A stretch of 63,279 nucleotides of DNA, counting the filler, from Chiloscyllium plagiosum (taxonomy: Eukaryota): the NCBI RefSeq assembly GCF_004010195.1. It is 4 parts of one record of this genome, joined end to end, with 100 filler letters (N's around TTAATTAATTAA, not from the genome) between each part and the next. Parts side by side here need not be neighbours in the genome. Positions count along the whole stretch, not along the records: positions 1 to 23,451 come from NC_057710.1; 3 more parts are not named here. One strand, written 5' to 3'. Of this stretch, positions 1 to 13,039 are shown one piece after another. The position numbers and the translations under genes are program-made. Each line of letters opens with the position of its first letter. Position 1 is the stretch's first letter. Under the pieces are notes generated by a model. It was not told the origin of the DNA, did not search any database, and worked only from the letters and a program-made list of their open reading frames with translations.

Positions 1-158
1 AACGCCCCTCCCCCAAGTCCCTCCTCCCTACCTTTTATCTTAGCCTGCTGGGCACACTTTCCTCATTCCTGAAGAAGGGCTTATGCCCGAAACGTCGATT
101 CTCCTGTTCCTTGGATGCTGCCTGACCTGCTACGCTTTTCCAGCAACACATTTTCAGC
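1..158 (+). mobile_element. Penelope-like element (PLE) terminal repeat, family A, cut by the window edge
   Basis: Same tail (CCTGAAGAAGGGCTTATGCCCGAAACGTCGATTCTCCTG...TTTTCCAGCAACACATTTTCAGC) as at 21950-22043, and closely related to the tail of the RT-bearing PLE at 59612-59772. Confidence 0.85.
69..96 (+). ncRNA. Minimal type I hammerhead ribozyme motif (PLE family A)
   Basis: CTGAAGA, A, stem II GGGC-TTAT-GCCC, GAAAC, GTC cleavage triplet; stem III is reduced to the palindrome ACGT; stem I is short and imperfect. Confidence 0.7.
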
Positions 159-617
159 GCTTCCCCTCTGAGTACCCAGTAATCCTTGTGTTTTTCAAAA
201 CAGGCTCATGTTGTCACATCAACTTCACGAAAAATACTTTCATAATTATGGCTACATAAACACTGTTACATTTTAGAACTTTGAACAGAACAAAACTATT
301 CCAGAAGTCAAGCTAAAGACACTCCTGGGGAAACCTATTTATTACATTTCTTCTGAAAGTTCTTACAGAGCTGAAAAAGAACATTTGATGGAAGATAGTT
401 ATGTTTATGGCTCACTGAATGTTTAATACCATCAATGTAGTAGTTTGGCTTCAGACTATACAAATGGTGTAATCAAGATGTTGAGCTACTGAGGAGTAAG
501 ATTTGTGGGATGAAGGAGATTGAGGGTGCATCTCCACCACATTGTCTGTTTGCAAAGGCATGAAAAAATCTGAGGAAAATATAATTGTGTCGTTGATTTT
601 TCAGACAGAAACATGAA

Positions 618-945
618 TCACGGTGTAACAGTGGTTAGCAATGCTGCCTCATAGGGCCAGAAACCCGGGTTCAATTCCCGCCTCAGGCAACTCTCTGTGT
701 GGAGTTTGCACATTCTTCCCGTGTCTGCGTGCGTTTCCTCCGGGTGCTCTGGTTTCCTCCCACAATCCAAAAATGTGCAGGTCAGGTGAATTGGCCACGC
801 TAAATTGCCCATAGTATTAGGTGAAGGGGTTAAATGTAGGGGAGTGGGTCTGGGTGGGTTGCGCTTCAGTGGCTCAGTGTGGACTTGTTGGGCCGAAGGG
901 CCTGTTTCCACACTGTAAGTAATCTAATCTAATCTAATCTAATCT
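618..945 (+). mobile_element. HE1-type V-SINE (tRNA-derived)
   Basis: A/B-box head (CAGTGGTTAGCA...GGGTTCAATTCC), V-domain TGTGTGGAGTTTGCACATTCT, CR1-like tail GGGCCGAAGGGCCTGTTTCC and (AATCT)n. Confidence 0.9.
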
Positions 946-946
946 C

Positions 947-1260
947 TAAACTGTGGAAACAGGCCCTTCGGCCCAACAACTCCACACCGACCCTCTGAAG
1001 AGCAACCCACCCACATCCATTCCCCTACATTTACCCCTGACTAATGCACCTAACCGACACATCCATGATTACTATGGGCAATTTGGCATGGCCAATTCAC
1101 CTAACCTGCACATCTTTGGACTGAGGGAGGAAACCGGAGCACACTCACGGAGACATGGGGAGAATGTGCAAACTCCACACTGACATTGCTCGAGGCTGGA
1201 ATTGAACCCCAGTCCCTGGTGCTGAGAGGCAGCAGTGCTAACCACTGAGCCACCATGCTG
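947..1260 (-). mobile_element. HE1-type V-SINE, tail-to-tail with the previous copy
   Basis: Reverse complement of the same head, V-domain and tail. Confidence 0.9.
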
Positions 1261-1447
1261 TTGTAAATAACAATTGACATGATAAATTTCCACCATAGTC
1301 ATACTGACTGTACTGGAATTTATGTTTCAGCTTTATTGTTGTAATGAGAGTAAACCTCCAACATGAAGTATGTTTGCTTTTTGGCAGCATTAATAGGGAT
1401 TGGTGACCAAGGGATGGGAGCAGCTTGTTCGTGTTAAAGTAGGAAAT

Positions 1448-2080
1448 AGTCATAGAAATGTACAGCATGGAAACAGACCCTTCGGTCCAACTCATCCATG
1501 CTGACCTGATATCCAAAATTAATCAAGTCCCATTTGCCAGCACTTAGGCCATTTCCCTCTAAATCTTTCCTTTTCATGGACCCATCCAGATGCGTTATAA
1601 ATGTTGTAATTGTACTCACCTCTATCACTCCCTCTACCAGTTCTTTCCATATACACATCATGCTCTGTTTGACAAAGTTGTCCCTTAGGTCCCTTTTAAA
1701 TCTTTACCCTCTCACCTTAAACCTATGCCTTCTAGTTTTGTACTCCCCTACCCTGGGCAAAAGATCTTGTCTACTTGCCCGATCCATGCCCCTCATGATT
1801 TTATAAACCGCTATAAGATCACTTCTCAGCCTCTGACGCTCCAAGGGAAACAGCCCCAACCTGTTCAGCCTCTCCCTATAGCTCAAACCCTCTAAACCTG
1901 GCAACAGCCATGTAAATCTTTTCTGAACCATTTCAAGTTTCACAAATCCTCCCTTTAGTAGGGAGACCAGAATTGCATGCAATATTCAAAAAGTACAGGC
2001 GCAACATGGCATCCCAACTCCTGTTCTCAGTGCACTCACCAATGAAGGTCAATGTACCAAATGCCTTCTTCATTACCCTG
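1448..2080 (-). mobile_element. CR1 (HER1-like) LINE 3' fragment
   Basis: ORF2 C-terminus LEGLSYRERLNRLGLFPLERQRLRSDLIAVYKIMRG plus 3' UTR. Confidence 0.9.
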
Positions 2081-2359
2081 ACAATTTTAAACCAAAGAAA
2101 ATGGTCTTCCCTTCCAGGAGTCTACAAGAAAATAATGGAATAAGTTGGCTCTAGAGAGAAAATCACCCTCTCCTTGCCAACTCAACAATTATATTCCAGG
2201 CAAGAAGGCTCACAGGTGACTTTCTCAACCTACCACTGATTAAAGCACTTAAATGGTGTATTTATAACCATTAAGGGTCTCCCTCTCCACTTGTCTTATT
2301 ATCTGCTTCCCAGGGATAGTGGAATGTTGGCTCATTGACATAAAAGTTGACGGTGACAT

Positions 2360-2830
2360 TCTTAAAAATGAAGTGTCAACCTGGTTAAGCCACAACACAG
2401 GATTACAAGCCAAACAACAGAAGCAGTGAGTAATAGAGAGTTAAGTAATTGCACAACTAATGGATCAGACTGAAGTTCTGCAGTCCTGCCACATCCAGTT
2501 GTGAATGGTGGTGAACAATTAAATAATTCACTGGAGGAGGAGGAGGCTCCATAAATATATCCGTTCTTAATAATGAGAGAGCCCAGCAGATCAGTGCAAA
2601 AGATGAGGCTGAAGCATTCACAACAATCTGATCTGTCTTGGCCTTCTTCAGAGATCACCAGTATCACGGGTACCAGTCTTTAGACAATTTTATTCACTCA
2701 ATGTGATATCAAGAAATGGCCTGAGGTACTGGATACTGCAAAAGCTATGGACATTATAAACATTCTGGCAATAGTACAGAAGACATGTGCTCCAAGCTGT
2801 TGCTTCCCTAACCAAGCTGTTCCAAAGATG
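2360..2830 (+). mobile_element. CR1/L2-group LINE (second family), internal ORF2 fragment
   Basis: Degenerate DIKKW..LDTAKAM..NI.AIV.KTCAP motif; homologous to 27020-27200, 41760-42020 and 62170-62470. Confidence 0.75.
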
Positions 2831-3139
2831 ATATCCAGATGAGAGAGCATCCAGACAACTATTTATCTTATTAGAAAATGATCACTATGTATCCATTGTA
2901 TTGCATGATAGCTTGGATGACTGGTGAGATGGAGACACAGTTTAATAGGATCCATTAGCCAATTATATGTCCCATTTTAATTCTAGAGTAAACAGAACAA
3001 GCTTAGTCTGGCACGCAATTTGTAGTTATGTGCACACAGATCAATCACTTGCATACATCCATGTAAAAATGTCACATTATGGTGGGACACATCGTCCAGG
3101 TGTATTGTCTCTGCTCAACACAATAAGAGTGAAGATTCA

Positions 3140-3927
3140 TATAGTCATAGAGTCACACAGCATGGTGACAGACCTTCTGCCCAATCAGTCTATGCCAAAC
3201 ATAATCCCAAGCTAAACTAGTCCCACCTAGGCCTGTATCCCCCCAAACCCTTCCTACTCATGTAGTTATCCAAATGTGTTTTAAATGTTATAATTGTACC
3301 CACATCCACCATTTCCTCAGGAAATTCCTTTCACACATGAATGACCCTCTGTGTAAAATATTTGCCTCCATGTATTTTTTTAAATATCTCTCCTCTCACC
3401 ACAGAATTGTGCCCCCAAACATGAAATCCCCCATCTCAGGGAAAAGATAACTACCATTAACCCTATCTATACCCTTCATGATTTTATAAACTTCTATAAG
3501 GTCACCTCTCAACTCCTACGCTCCAGTAAAAACACTCCTAGCCTATCCAACCTTTCTTTATAACTCAAATCTTCCATACTTGGCAACATCCTGGTAACTC
3601 TCTTCTGAACCCTCTCCAGCTTAATAGTATCTTTCCTATAACTGGGTGACCAGAATTGGACACAGTATTCCAGAAAAGTCCTGTGTCCTGTACAATGTCC
3701 TCAACATGACTTCCCAACTCCTATAATCAAAGGACTGAGCAATGAAGGCAAGCCTGCTAAATACCTTTTTATTGACCCTGTCTATATGTGACACAAACTT
3801 CAAAGACTTATGTACCTGAACCCTCAGGTCCCTCTGCTCTACAACAGTACCCAATGCTCTACCATTAATTGTGTAAGTCCTAGCCCTATCCATTGGAACT
3901 AAATGTAATACCTCACATTTATCCAAA
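3140..3927 (-). mobile_element. CR1 LINE 3' fragment
   Basis: DKCEVLHL...YTINGRAL...EQRDLRVQVHKSLK plus 3' UTR. Confidence 0.9.
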
Positions 3928-4894
3928 TAACCCTATAGTGAATGGGCATCTTATTTTACACATTAGCTTTTTTTTGTTATGAAGCCAATGAAGCAACAAT
4001 AGGACAAATGGTAGAATGTAGTGACCATTCATTGTGAGTCTGCTTCAGACTGCTTGTGCCTACTCATTTCCGTCCTAATGTAGTCTAAAATACAAATGCG
4101 CCATTACCTTTTCATCATGTGAGGCTGCCATCTGAACCTCAGCAGTACTCACTAAATTTTGTCAGCATTTTGTAATATAGTTGGGGTGCTGTGCTCATAA
4201 TGATTTCCACCCCAGAACAAAACAAACAAAAAAAAAATCCCTTAGTGCTGCTGAAATTTGACTTTCACACCAAGTCCTTTATTTACCTCAAGTATTCTCG
4301 ATAAACATATTGCCGAAGTTTCCGGAATTATCTATCTCATGTGACTCATTTATAGTGCCGATCCTGCCTTCATTTACATGTTAATGCAGAAAGCGTTTTG
4401 GATTCAACCATTTCACAGGTCCATATAAATTATTTGCCATAAATTTTCTAAAGCACATTTTGCAAAGGTGCTTCTTCCAAGATATGATAGTAATGACAAG
4501 ATTTATGTTATAAAATTTTAACAATGTATGTGTAGCACATTAGTTTAATGTTCTGAATATTTGTAATAGAAAAATAACCTTGCACATTACATTATATAGT
4601 GGGTGGAATGTTAGATTTAGAAAAATTGTATAATTCGTATCCCATCTTAAAGTCTGTGCATGTTTTAAACTGATTCTAATTACATGTAAATCTGGTAAAA
4701 AGCTTTAGACATGCGCAATCCCCTATTTAGATTGGAAATTGTCCACTAACTTTAACATTACATAGAAAACATTTTCTGTATAAAGTGGATGACTTGAAGT
4801 AGTGGTAAATTAGACAATAGACAGATTTCATACATAACCAATTTCTACCCAATGAGGAACACTCGCAGGAGTTTTCTGACATCCAGAAAGTTTG

Positions 4895-6848
4895 CGCAGT
4901 GATTGCAATGAGGTCAGCCAGGTCGACCTCATGAGTAGGGGTAAGCATTTCTGACATCGTACCTCCATTTGGGAAGTTTCACTCATGTGATCCTGCCATG
5001 GAAGACTGGGCCCAGTATGTGAAAGGAATGCATTACGTTTTACAGGCAAATGACATTGGGGCAGATGAAAAACAACAAGTAATTCTACTGACAGCTTGTG
5101 GAATTGTTGCTTTTTTGATTATTAGGAGCCTAATTTTCCCTCAGGCACTAGATATGCAAACCATTCAAAAGTTGTTGGATTTAGTTAAGAAATATTAGGA
5201 CCCCAAGCGTCCTCTAATTCCGAGATGCTATAGGTTTTACTTGGCAATTTAAGAACCAGGCGAACCTGTATCGGGATTTATGACGAGGTTAAGACAATTG
5301 GCAGAGGCATGTGACTTTGGTTTAACCTTTAATGAGATACTGAGAGACCCTTGGTATATGGGATTAATGATGCAACCATGCAAAAGTGCTTACTAGCTGA
5401 AGCCCAACTAGACTTTAAACAGGCACTACAACTGGCTTTGTCACTGGACAAGTGGACCAAATGAATTGCAGTATATTCCAATGGAAATGGACACCCTTGC
5501 CAGTCTGACTGAGGTTGGGAAACACCACTTTAGTGAAGGCAATTGTATAGCCACACTTAGGACATATCTTAAACAGACAGACTCTATGTCAGCTCACAGC
5601 AAAGCCCTGAACTGGGTTATATGTCGACTGTGCAGGTCCTTTCACGGGCTCAATGTTCTTAGTCATTGTGGACGTCCATTCAAAGTGGCTAGACCTGCAT
5701 AGGGTTCATTTGTCAAACACTGAGACAACGATATAAAAACTGTGCACAACTTTTGCAATGCACGCGCTCCTGAAGTGTTGGTCACAGAAAACAAGCCACT
5801 GCTTACCAGCAGGAAATTTAAGTATTTTCTAAAGTCAAATGGTATTTTACATATAAGGACAGCTCCATACCATCCATCATCCAATGGTCTGGTACAAATA
5901 GCAGTCCAAGTTTTGAAGGCAGACTTAAAGAAACAGCTTACAGCTTCACTAGATACCAAAGTGTCCTGATTCCTAATTGATATAAGACCATGCCTCATGC
6001 AACTACAGGGTTAACTCCAACAGAGTTGCTAGTTAGGAGACGACTTCGCACCAATTTAAAACTGATCTACCTGGACCTGGCAGGGAAGGTGAAACCACAT
6101 CAGGAACGCCAAAGCCAGACACAAGACACTGCTAAATGAGAAAGACCGTTTAGTTTAAGGGATGCAGTTTGAAGTAGGAGCCACAGGAATTGCCTGCATG
6201 GGTAAGAAGCATAGTCAACGTGAGGTCAGGTCCTGTGGCGTATAAAATCTAGGTAGGTGTGACTCTACTGAACAAACATGTGGGCCAAATGAAAGCTGCA
6301 AATGCACAAACGGAATGGGAGCAAAACATATCCAGCTCCTCGACAGCCTTTCCGACTGTTTGGGACCCCATGGTTTCTCTCTCTCCATCAAGTGTTGAAG
6401 ATACCTCGGAATCTGAGATGGACATAGTGGATGTCACCTTTTCTGCCTGAAAAAGAAATTTTTTTTTTTCCAAGATGCCCTGATCACAAGAGACGAGCTA
6501 CTGTGTGTTACACGCCACCTGTATCAGAATCAGGGTTAGAAGAACCTGACCCAGTGCTAAAACATGCCAGGAGGAGGACCAACCTATATCTTTAGGCTCA
6601 GAGAGGGAGGAATGTTGCGATCGTAATGAGGTCAGCCGGGTGGACCTCTTAGAATATGAGTTCCCTGACTGGGGCTGTTAACCTGGTCCAATCGGGGGGC
6701 CTTGGTTGACAGATATAAACAGGATCGTTAGACATCCTGTTCACTCTGAGTGCTGGCTCTGAGGGAGCTGGATCAGTGTCAAGGACACTCCGCGTATTAA
6801 TAAAGAATGATTTGCTGATGGGATACGGGCATCTCTGGAATTATTTCA
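4895..6848 (+). mobile_element. Ty3/Gypsy LTR retrotransposon, internally deleted (gag plus integrase, no PR-RT-RH)
   Basis: gag MEDWAQYV...ANDIGADEKQQVILLTACG; integrase VDCAGPF...VIVDVHSKW and HIRTAPYHPSSNG; PPT at ~6600-6612; 3' LTR 6613-6848 (TG...CA); 5' LTR stub from 4895; 5-bp TSD GTTTG at 4890-4894 and 6849-6853. Confidence 0.9.
6613..6848 (+). repeat. 3' LTR of the Gypsy element
   Basis: TG...CA ends, CCAAT, TATAAA and AATAAA; the first ~40 bp match 4895-4932. Confidence 0.85.
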
Positions 6849-7659
6849 GTTTGCTTTGCTCTTACTATAATTTGCATTTTCTGTGTTTTTACTTTTGATG
6901 CTGCAATGCATTGCAATAGACATAGGAGAAACACAAATCAAAGATCACCTTAAAATTAAATAGTTCAATGACATAGACATAACAAGAGCCTGGCTACCAT
7001 AGGATGTGAATCAACATATTCAGTTTTTATTCTACATGGGGCTGTTGTATTTAGGGATTTGTCCTGAATCTCTCATTTGTCTTCACAGCAGGAAGGCAGT
7101 TTTCATTTGCTCATTATAGGATAGTGGCAGGCTACAGGATTAACAATTATGTTTTTATTACATTTTTTCACCTTGGTGACTACATAAGCCACACATCACG
7201 CTATCACATCCCATCTTTCAGGATAAAGTTGGTAATCAGATTTATTCACAGTATTATAATTATATAGAAGCAAGGAAATTAGCAATACAGGCGTATTATA
7301 AACTGTTGTGATGAAAATGACGAAAATGGAGGTTTGAACCTGTGTTATATACAGGGGGAATTTAAAATGCGGAATTCACTATTCTATAAAAGACCATTGC
7401 ACAGCTGCTTGAGGAAAGGGAAGATAAAAGAAGATGGAGAGTGTGCCTAACTGTGTGACTAAAGTGACTTGATCTTGTGAAGAAACAATATTTGTGTATC
7501 AGTCTCCTAGGGGACCAATGTTGCCATCATGTGAAACCCACCCCTGGAAACAATTCATGTAAACAGCTCGGTCTCAGAAATCAGACACACAGTTTCAACA
7601 TTTGTGCGCAACATCAATTGGAGAATAAGGAAGCCACAAATAATTACAATTAAACTCTA

Positions 7660-7900
7660 ATAATATGGTATCTTTAACACAACATAACATCCCAAATTGT
7701 TTCACATGAATACGATCAATTAAAATTTGACACTGAGTCACACAGGGAGATATTAGTGTGGATGATCAAATGCTCCGTTAAAGAGTTTGGGTTTATGGAA
7801 CATCTTAAAGGAGGAGAGAGCTGGAGAGGCAGAGGGATCGATGGAGGGAATTCTACAGCTTGGAGCCTCGGCGGGCGAAAGTACCAATACTTGAAGTCTA
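7660..7900 (-). mobile_element. Old L2-like LINE 3' fragment
   Basis: Resembles the reverse complement of an L2 3' end (TCTTAAAGGAGGAGAGAG...GGAGGGAATTC); recognised by eye only. Confidence 0.45.
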
Positions 7901-7989
7901 AAGTCTCTTGTAAGTCTAAGTGGGGTGACGGAATAAAGAAATCTTGTTGTGCAGATCCATAAATCATTACCTGCTGCAATGCAGATTAA

Positions 7990-8345
7990 TAGTGCAATAA
8001 AAATTCAAACAAAACACTGGAGTTCATTTGTACAGGGATAGAGACCAAAACCAGCGGCTATAAATACAAGATAGTCAGCCATAAATCCAATAGAGAATCC
8101 AGGAGAAACTGTAGTAAGAATTCAGTAGTAACAGCTCTCAAACAAAAGGAGTAGTTGAGACAAAAAGCATAGCTGCATTGAAGGGAACGTTAACAAAAGC
8201 ATATTAGGGAGGACGGAACAGATGCTTATGCTGATAGAGATAGACAGAAGAGTGGGAGGAGGCTCGTGCGGATCATAAACACTAGGATAAACTAGTTTGC
8301 CAAATGGCCTATTTGTGTGTGGTGGATTCTATATAATTCTTTGTA
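7990..8345 (+). mobile_element. Old CR1 3' end
   Basis: Degenerate CR1 3' UTR ending CAAATGGCCTATTTGTGTG...ATTCTATATAATTCT. Confidence 0.55.
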
Positions 8346-9244
8346 ATCAAGAAAGCAGAAGTCTTACAAATGAGAGTGTGTGGGAGTAAGGCTCCACAAA
8401 GTGACATAGAGACACAGATACAAGAATGTGCAAGCTATTTCAGTAAGGGCTAATGGTTACAAACTAATGTTGTACAGTTAAAAACAAACCTTTCACAGCT
8501 TTTCTCAGGGAATGGGATTAAGTTACATCGACAAGTCATTCTGTGCTCCCTTATGACAGGGTGCTATGAATCCTGCTCACTGGCTAAAATTTCAGTGGGG
8601 AATCCCCCACAGGGAAACAGAGGAACAGGAGTAGGCCATGCACCCTGTTGAGTCTGCCCTGCCATTCAATATGATCATGGCTGATTCAAGGCCTTTTACT
8701 TACCCCATCCCATAAGCCTGTATCCCCCTGGAAGACTGTCTTTTAATAGGCTGGAGACAAGAGTTTTGCCTGTCAGGAATAAGGATCACACATCAAGAGC
8801 TACCTGAAAATTAGACCCAGCCATTGCAGCCTCAGCAAAGTCAGGCATCTGGCCACTGCTGTGTGTACAGTCAGTCCTCAGTGGAGATCATCACTGTATT
8901 TGGAATCTAAGGCAAGTGGCGGGAATTATAATAGGATTAGACTGGTAGACCCAGTGGGGAAGTTGGGGGCTAGGTTGGAGAGGTCAGGGTGGAGAGGAAA
9001 AGGAGGACAGTGTTCTCAGTGTTGGGGTAAGAGAGTCGCCTTCAAAGAGCTCTACTCTCAGATTTTCCAACACCAGCCCATGTGGCGAAAGCTTCTGGAT
9101 TTCCCACATGGTTTGGACCTCCCTCCTGTGGGGAAGAAAATAGCAGCAGGGGACGGGTAGCCTCCCAGATTGCCTTGATCCACTACAGTTCAGTGCTGTC
9201 ATAATAGTTCCACAGCAGACGCCATCTCCCTGGCTCATCCCTGG

Positions 9245-10512
9245 AACATCTATATAACAAGCACGCCTACGTTAGACTCCTATTGACTAACTTTAGCTCC
9301 ACTTTCAACACCATAATTCCAACCAAACACATCTCCAGATTCCAAGACATAGGACTCAGCAACTGGATCCTCAATGTCCTGACTCACAAACCGTAATCAG
9401 CAAGGATAAGCGACAACACCTCTTCCACAAAAAATGTCAACAGTGGTGCCCTGCAAGACTGTATACTCAGCCTCTTACTATACTCCTTATACACTCATGA
9501 TTGTGTGGCCAAATTCAGCTCTAACTCCATTTACAAATTTGCTGATGACACATGGTAGTGGGTTGGATCTCAAACAAGGATGAAACAGAGTGCAAGAAAG
9601 AAATAGACAGCTTGGTGATATGGTGTAAACCGAACGACCTCTTCCTCAATGTCAGCAAAATGAAGGAGCTGGGCACGGACCTCAGGAAGCAGAGAGGAGG
9701 ACATGGCCCTGTCTGTATCAATGGTGCTGAGGTAGAAGTGGTTGACAGCTTCAAGTTCCTGGGAGTAAAGATCACCAACAATCTGTCCTATCCATCCACG
9801 TCAATGCTATAGTCAAGAAAGCACACTAACACCCTTACTTCCTCGGGAGGTGAAGGAAATTCGGCATGTCCATGATGACTCTAACTAATTTTTAAAGACG
9901 CACCACAGAAAGCGTCCTATCCAGGTATATCACAGCTTGGTATGGCAACTGCTCTTCCCAAGGCCACAAGAAATTACAGAGAGCTGTGAATGCAGCCCAG
10001 CCCATCATGCAAACCAGCCTTCCTTCCATTGATCTTGTCTATATTTCCTGTTGCTTCGTGAAAGCTGCCAACATTATCAAAGACGCCTCCCACCCCAGTT
10101 ATATTCTCTTCCACCCTTTTTCATTGGACATAGAACATAGAGAATAGAGAACATAGAACTGTACAGCACAGGAACAACCCGTTCCACTCTCGATATTGTG
10201 CTGAACATGACACCAAATTAAACTAATCCCTTCTGCTTGCCCTTGGTCCACACATGGACCAGAAGATATAAAAGTTTGAAAACACGTACAAACAGATCAT
10301 GAACAGCTTCTTCCCTGCTGTTATCAGACTTATGAATAGACATGTCATATATCAGAGTTGATCTTTCTCTACACCTTCCCTATATGTATAACACAATATT
10401 CTGAATTTTGTCATATTACCCAGATTACTTATGTTTGGTGTGATTTGTCTGGTTAGCACACAAAACAGTAGTTTTCACTGTATCTTGGTATATATGACAA
10501 TAATAAATCAAA
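9245..10512 (+). mobile_element. Rex1/Babar-clade LINE, 5'-truncated, with a small CR1 tail inserted at ~10128-10255
   Basis: RT KFADD..VVGWISNKDETE...LVIWC..NDLFLNVSKMKEL, VDSFKFLGV; tail TTTTCACTGTATC...GACAATAATAAATCAAATC. Confidence 0.85.
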
Positions 10513-12244
10513 TCAAATTAATTGGTCACTTAAGGGCTTCAAAAGATGCATGAGCAGGTGTGAAACCAATGCCTCTACTGTCCCCAGTAAAGTTTCATAC
10601 AGCTGGGGAGGCAGACAGCGAGGTGGCCAGTGGAGCATCTTAACCTTCAAATATGCCCACATTAGAGTATAAAATCTAGCTTTTATGACTCTAAAACATG
10701 CCTTTAACATGTTGTAAAGCCTATGTTTACCAAGCATGCTTATTATCTGCTATTGTATCTGTAGTTGATTATAAGCATAATGGTTACTGAGTTACATGTT
10801 TAGTAGGAAGACAGACTAATGCATTATTTGGCCAATTATTGACTACTTCTCATCACTACTGGCCTTTTATCAGCATTGGTAGAAGCTACAGGAAGGATGT
10901 CTGCTGGGGCCTACTGGAAAATCAACTACTTGATGTTCATTATAGAGACACCATCTCCTACATCCTTTAGGCTCAGTTGCAGCCACCTTTATCCAGGATG
11001 ATGTCACATGCTGGCTCTCTTACTTTCCTCAGTTCTGTCAGCGATGTTTTATTTGGCCAATGCTAACTCAGATTCCACATTCTGTCCCGGTGGCAGGTCA
11101 ATCTGGGCTTTGGTAAAGTGTTGGTCATTGTTCCAGTACCCCTAATAGTTTGAACATCTGCATAGTGGTCCTGCAGAGGTGTCGTTATCTATATAGCCCA
11201 CACCTCTGAGGAGCCAAACTGTTACTTGAGAATCTTGATAGGCTATTTGCCTCTGAAAGCATTACATACACATTGAGAATATAATGTAATTTATTTTTAA
11301 GTGAGTACTGTGTATAATTTTTACATTTAATGAATGATAACCTTCCCTGTTAGTTATTGTATGGAATTACTGGTAGGTATGGAAATGGCACACTATCAAT
11401 GATGCCTGATACAAGGCTAAAGACGGTAATTGTGCAGCTCGATGCACACCTATCTTTTTGCTCTTGTCTTTAACCACTGAGATCAAGGATGCAAAAGATG
11501 TATATCAGTGTAATGAGATATTGAATTACCAAAACTAACAGCCGTGCCACTGTCGAGCACAAAAAAACACATCATATGTCTCAACATTTCCTGTTTAACC
11601 TTTAGATTCTCTGAGGGCTACTAAGTAAAGCAATTTAAGATACAGGTACATTATGCTGAAGTTGAGGGATGGGATATTGAAAGGAACATGAATCATCGGT
11701 TGCATTTGTGATTGACTGTTTCCTGCACCAGCTTCTCTCAGGAGTTCTTATAGATCATGACATCCCTTTAACCAATCAGACTGTGATGGTTTCTCCTTTG
11801 ACAAGATGCTATCTTTTTGAATGAATGTATACAGGTTCCCTGCAAACCACAGGTTTAATATCCTAACCATCTGCAGACGTATTTCAACAAACTAAGGTGA
11901 GAGGTTGTTATCATATCAAAATAAAGCATAAATGTCTTGGAAATAATTTTGTTAAACATTTCAATAAACAGAGGGAAACAAATTACTGGTACTTTAGTAA
12001 AGGTAACATAATCAAATAAAGCTCTATTAAACACAAGTGTCAAAGTACAAATATGTAACTGGACATACATAAATTAACCTCTGCTATTAACATATATTAA
12101 TGTCTTCGAACCATATATTAGCTAAGTCCTGACTGGCTTCTAATATAACCAGGAGTGATATAGCCATTATTACACGTGAAGTTGATTAATATCTAACTAT
12201 TCTTTTGTTCCTAACTTTTTTATAAACAGGCACATCAATATTGT

Positions 12245-13020
12245 AGAATCATAGAATAGTCACAACACAGAAGCAGGCCATTCAGTCCATTGGGTTCATA
12301 TCAGCTCTCAGTCACACTTCTCTGCCTTTCAACGTAGCCCTGCAGATGATCTCTGTTCAAGTGATCATCATTTTATACAGTGCAATTGAATCTGGCTCCA
12401 GTAGACGTCAGGCAATACATTCCAGATCCCAACCATGATTGCATTAAAAACAAAATTGTCTGCAATGTCACCTTTCATTCTTTTGCCATTCACTTTAAAT
12501 CTGATTCTTGACTGTTCTGCTAATGGAAACAGTGTCTCTCCATCTACTCTAACTAAACCCCTTTGAATCTAAACATCTCTATCAAATCTCTTCTTAACCT
12601 TCTCTGAGCAGAACAGTCACCAAATTGAATCATAGGAATTTACAGAAGGAGAGTATTCGGCCCATCATGTCTGTACCAGCTCCCAAAAGAACAGCCCAGT
12701 TATGTTCTATTCTTTAGCCCTATCTCTGTAGACCTCAAAATTTATCTCTTTCAAATACATATGCAGTTCTCTTTTGAAACTTCCTCTGGAATCCACCTCC
12801 ACCACTCTCCCAGGCAGTGCATTCCAAAGCCTAACAATTCTGAGTCAAATTCTCCAATTTATTTGGATCTATTCCTCATCCCTGGAACTGTTCTTGTCAA
12901 CCTGTCCTATAACCTCCAAAACATTCATGTCTCCTTTAAATGTAGTGCCCAGAATTGGATGGAAAACACCAGGTGAAGCTGCAGCAGTGTTTTATAAATG
13001 TGTATCATAGTTAGCTGCTT
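12245..13020 (-). mobile_element. Two old CR1 3' fragments
   Basis: TAGAATCATAG tail repeats and CR1 3' UTR motifs (GGCAGTGCATTCCA). Confidence 0.7.
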
Positions 13021-13039
13021 GTGTAATCTACTGGAAACA

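Noticed and set aside
618..690. tRNA-like A and B boxes (also at 1190-1260, 19007 and 22557)
   Set aside because: They are SINE heads continuing into the V-domain, with no complete cloverleaf
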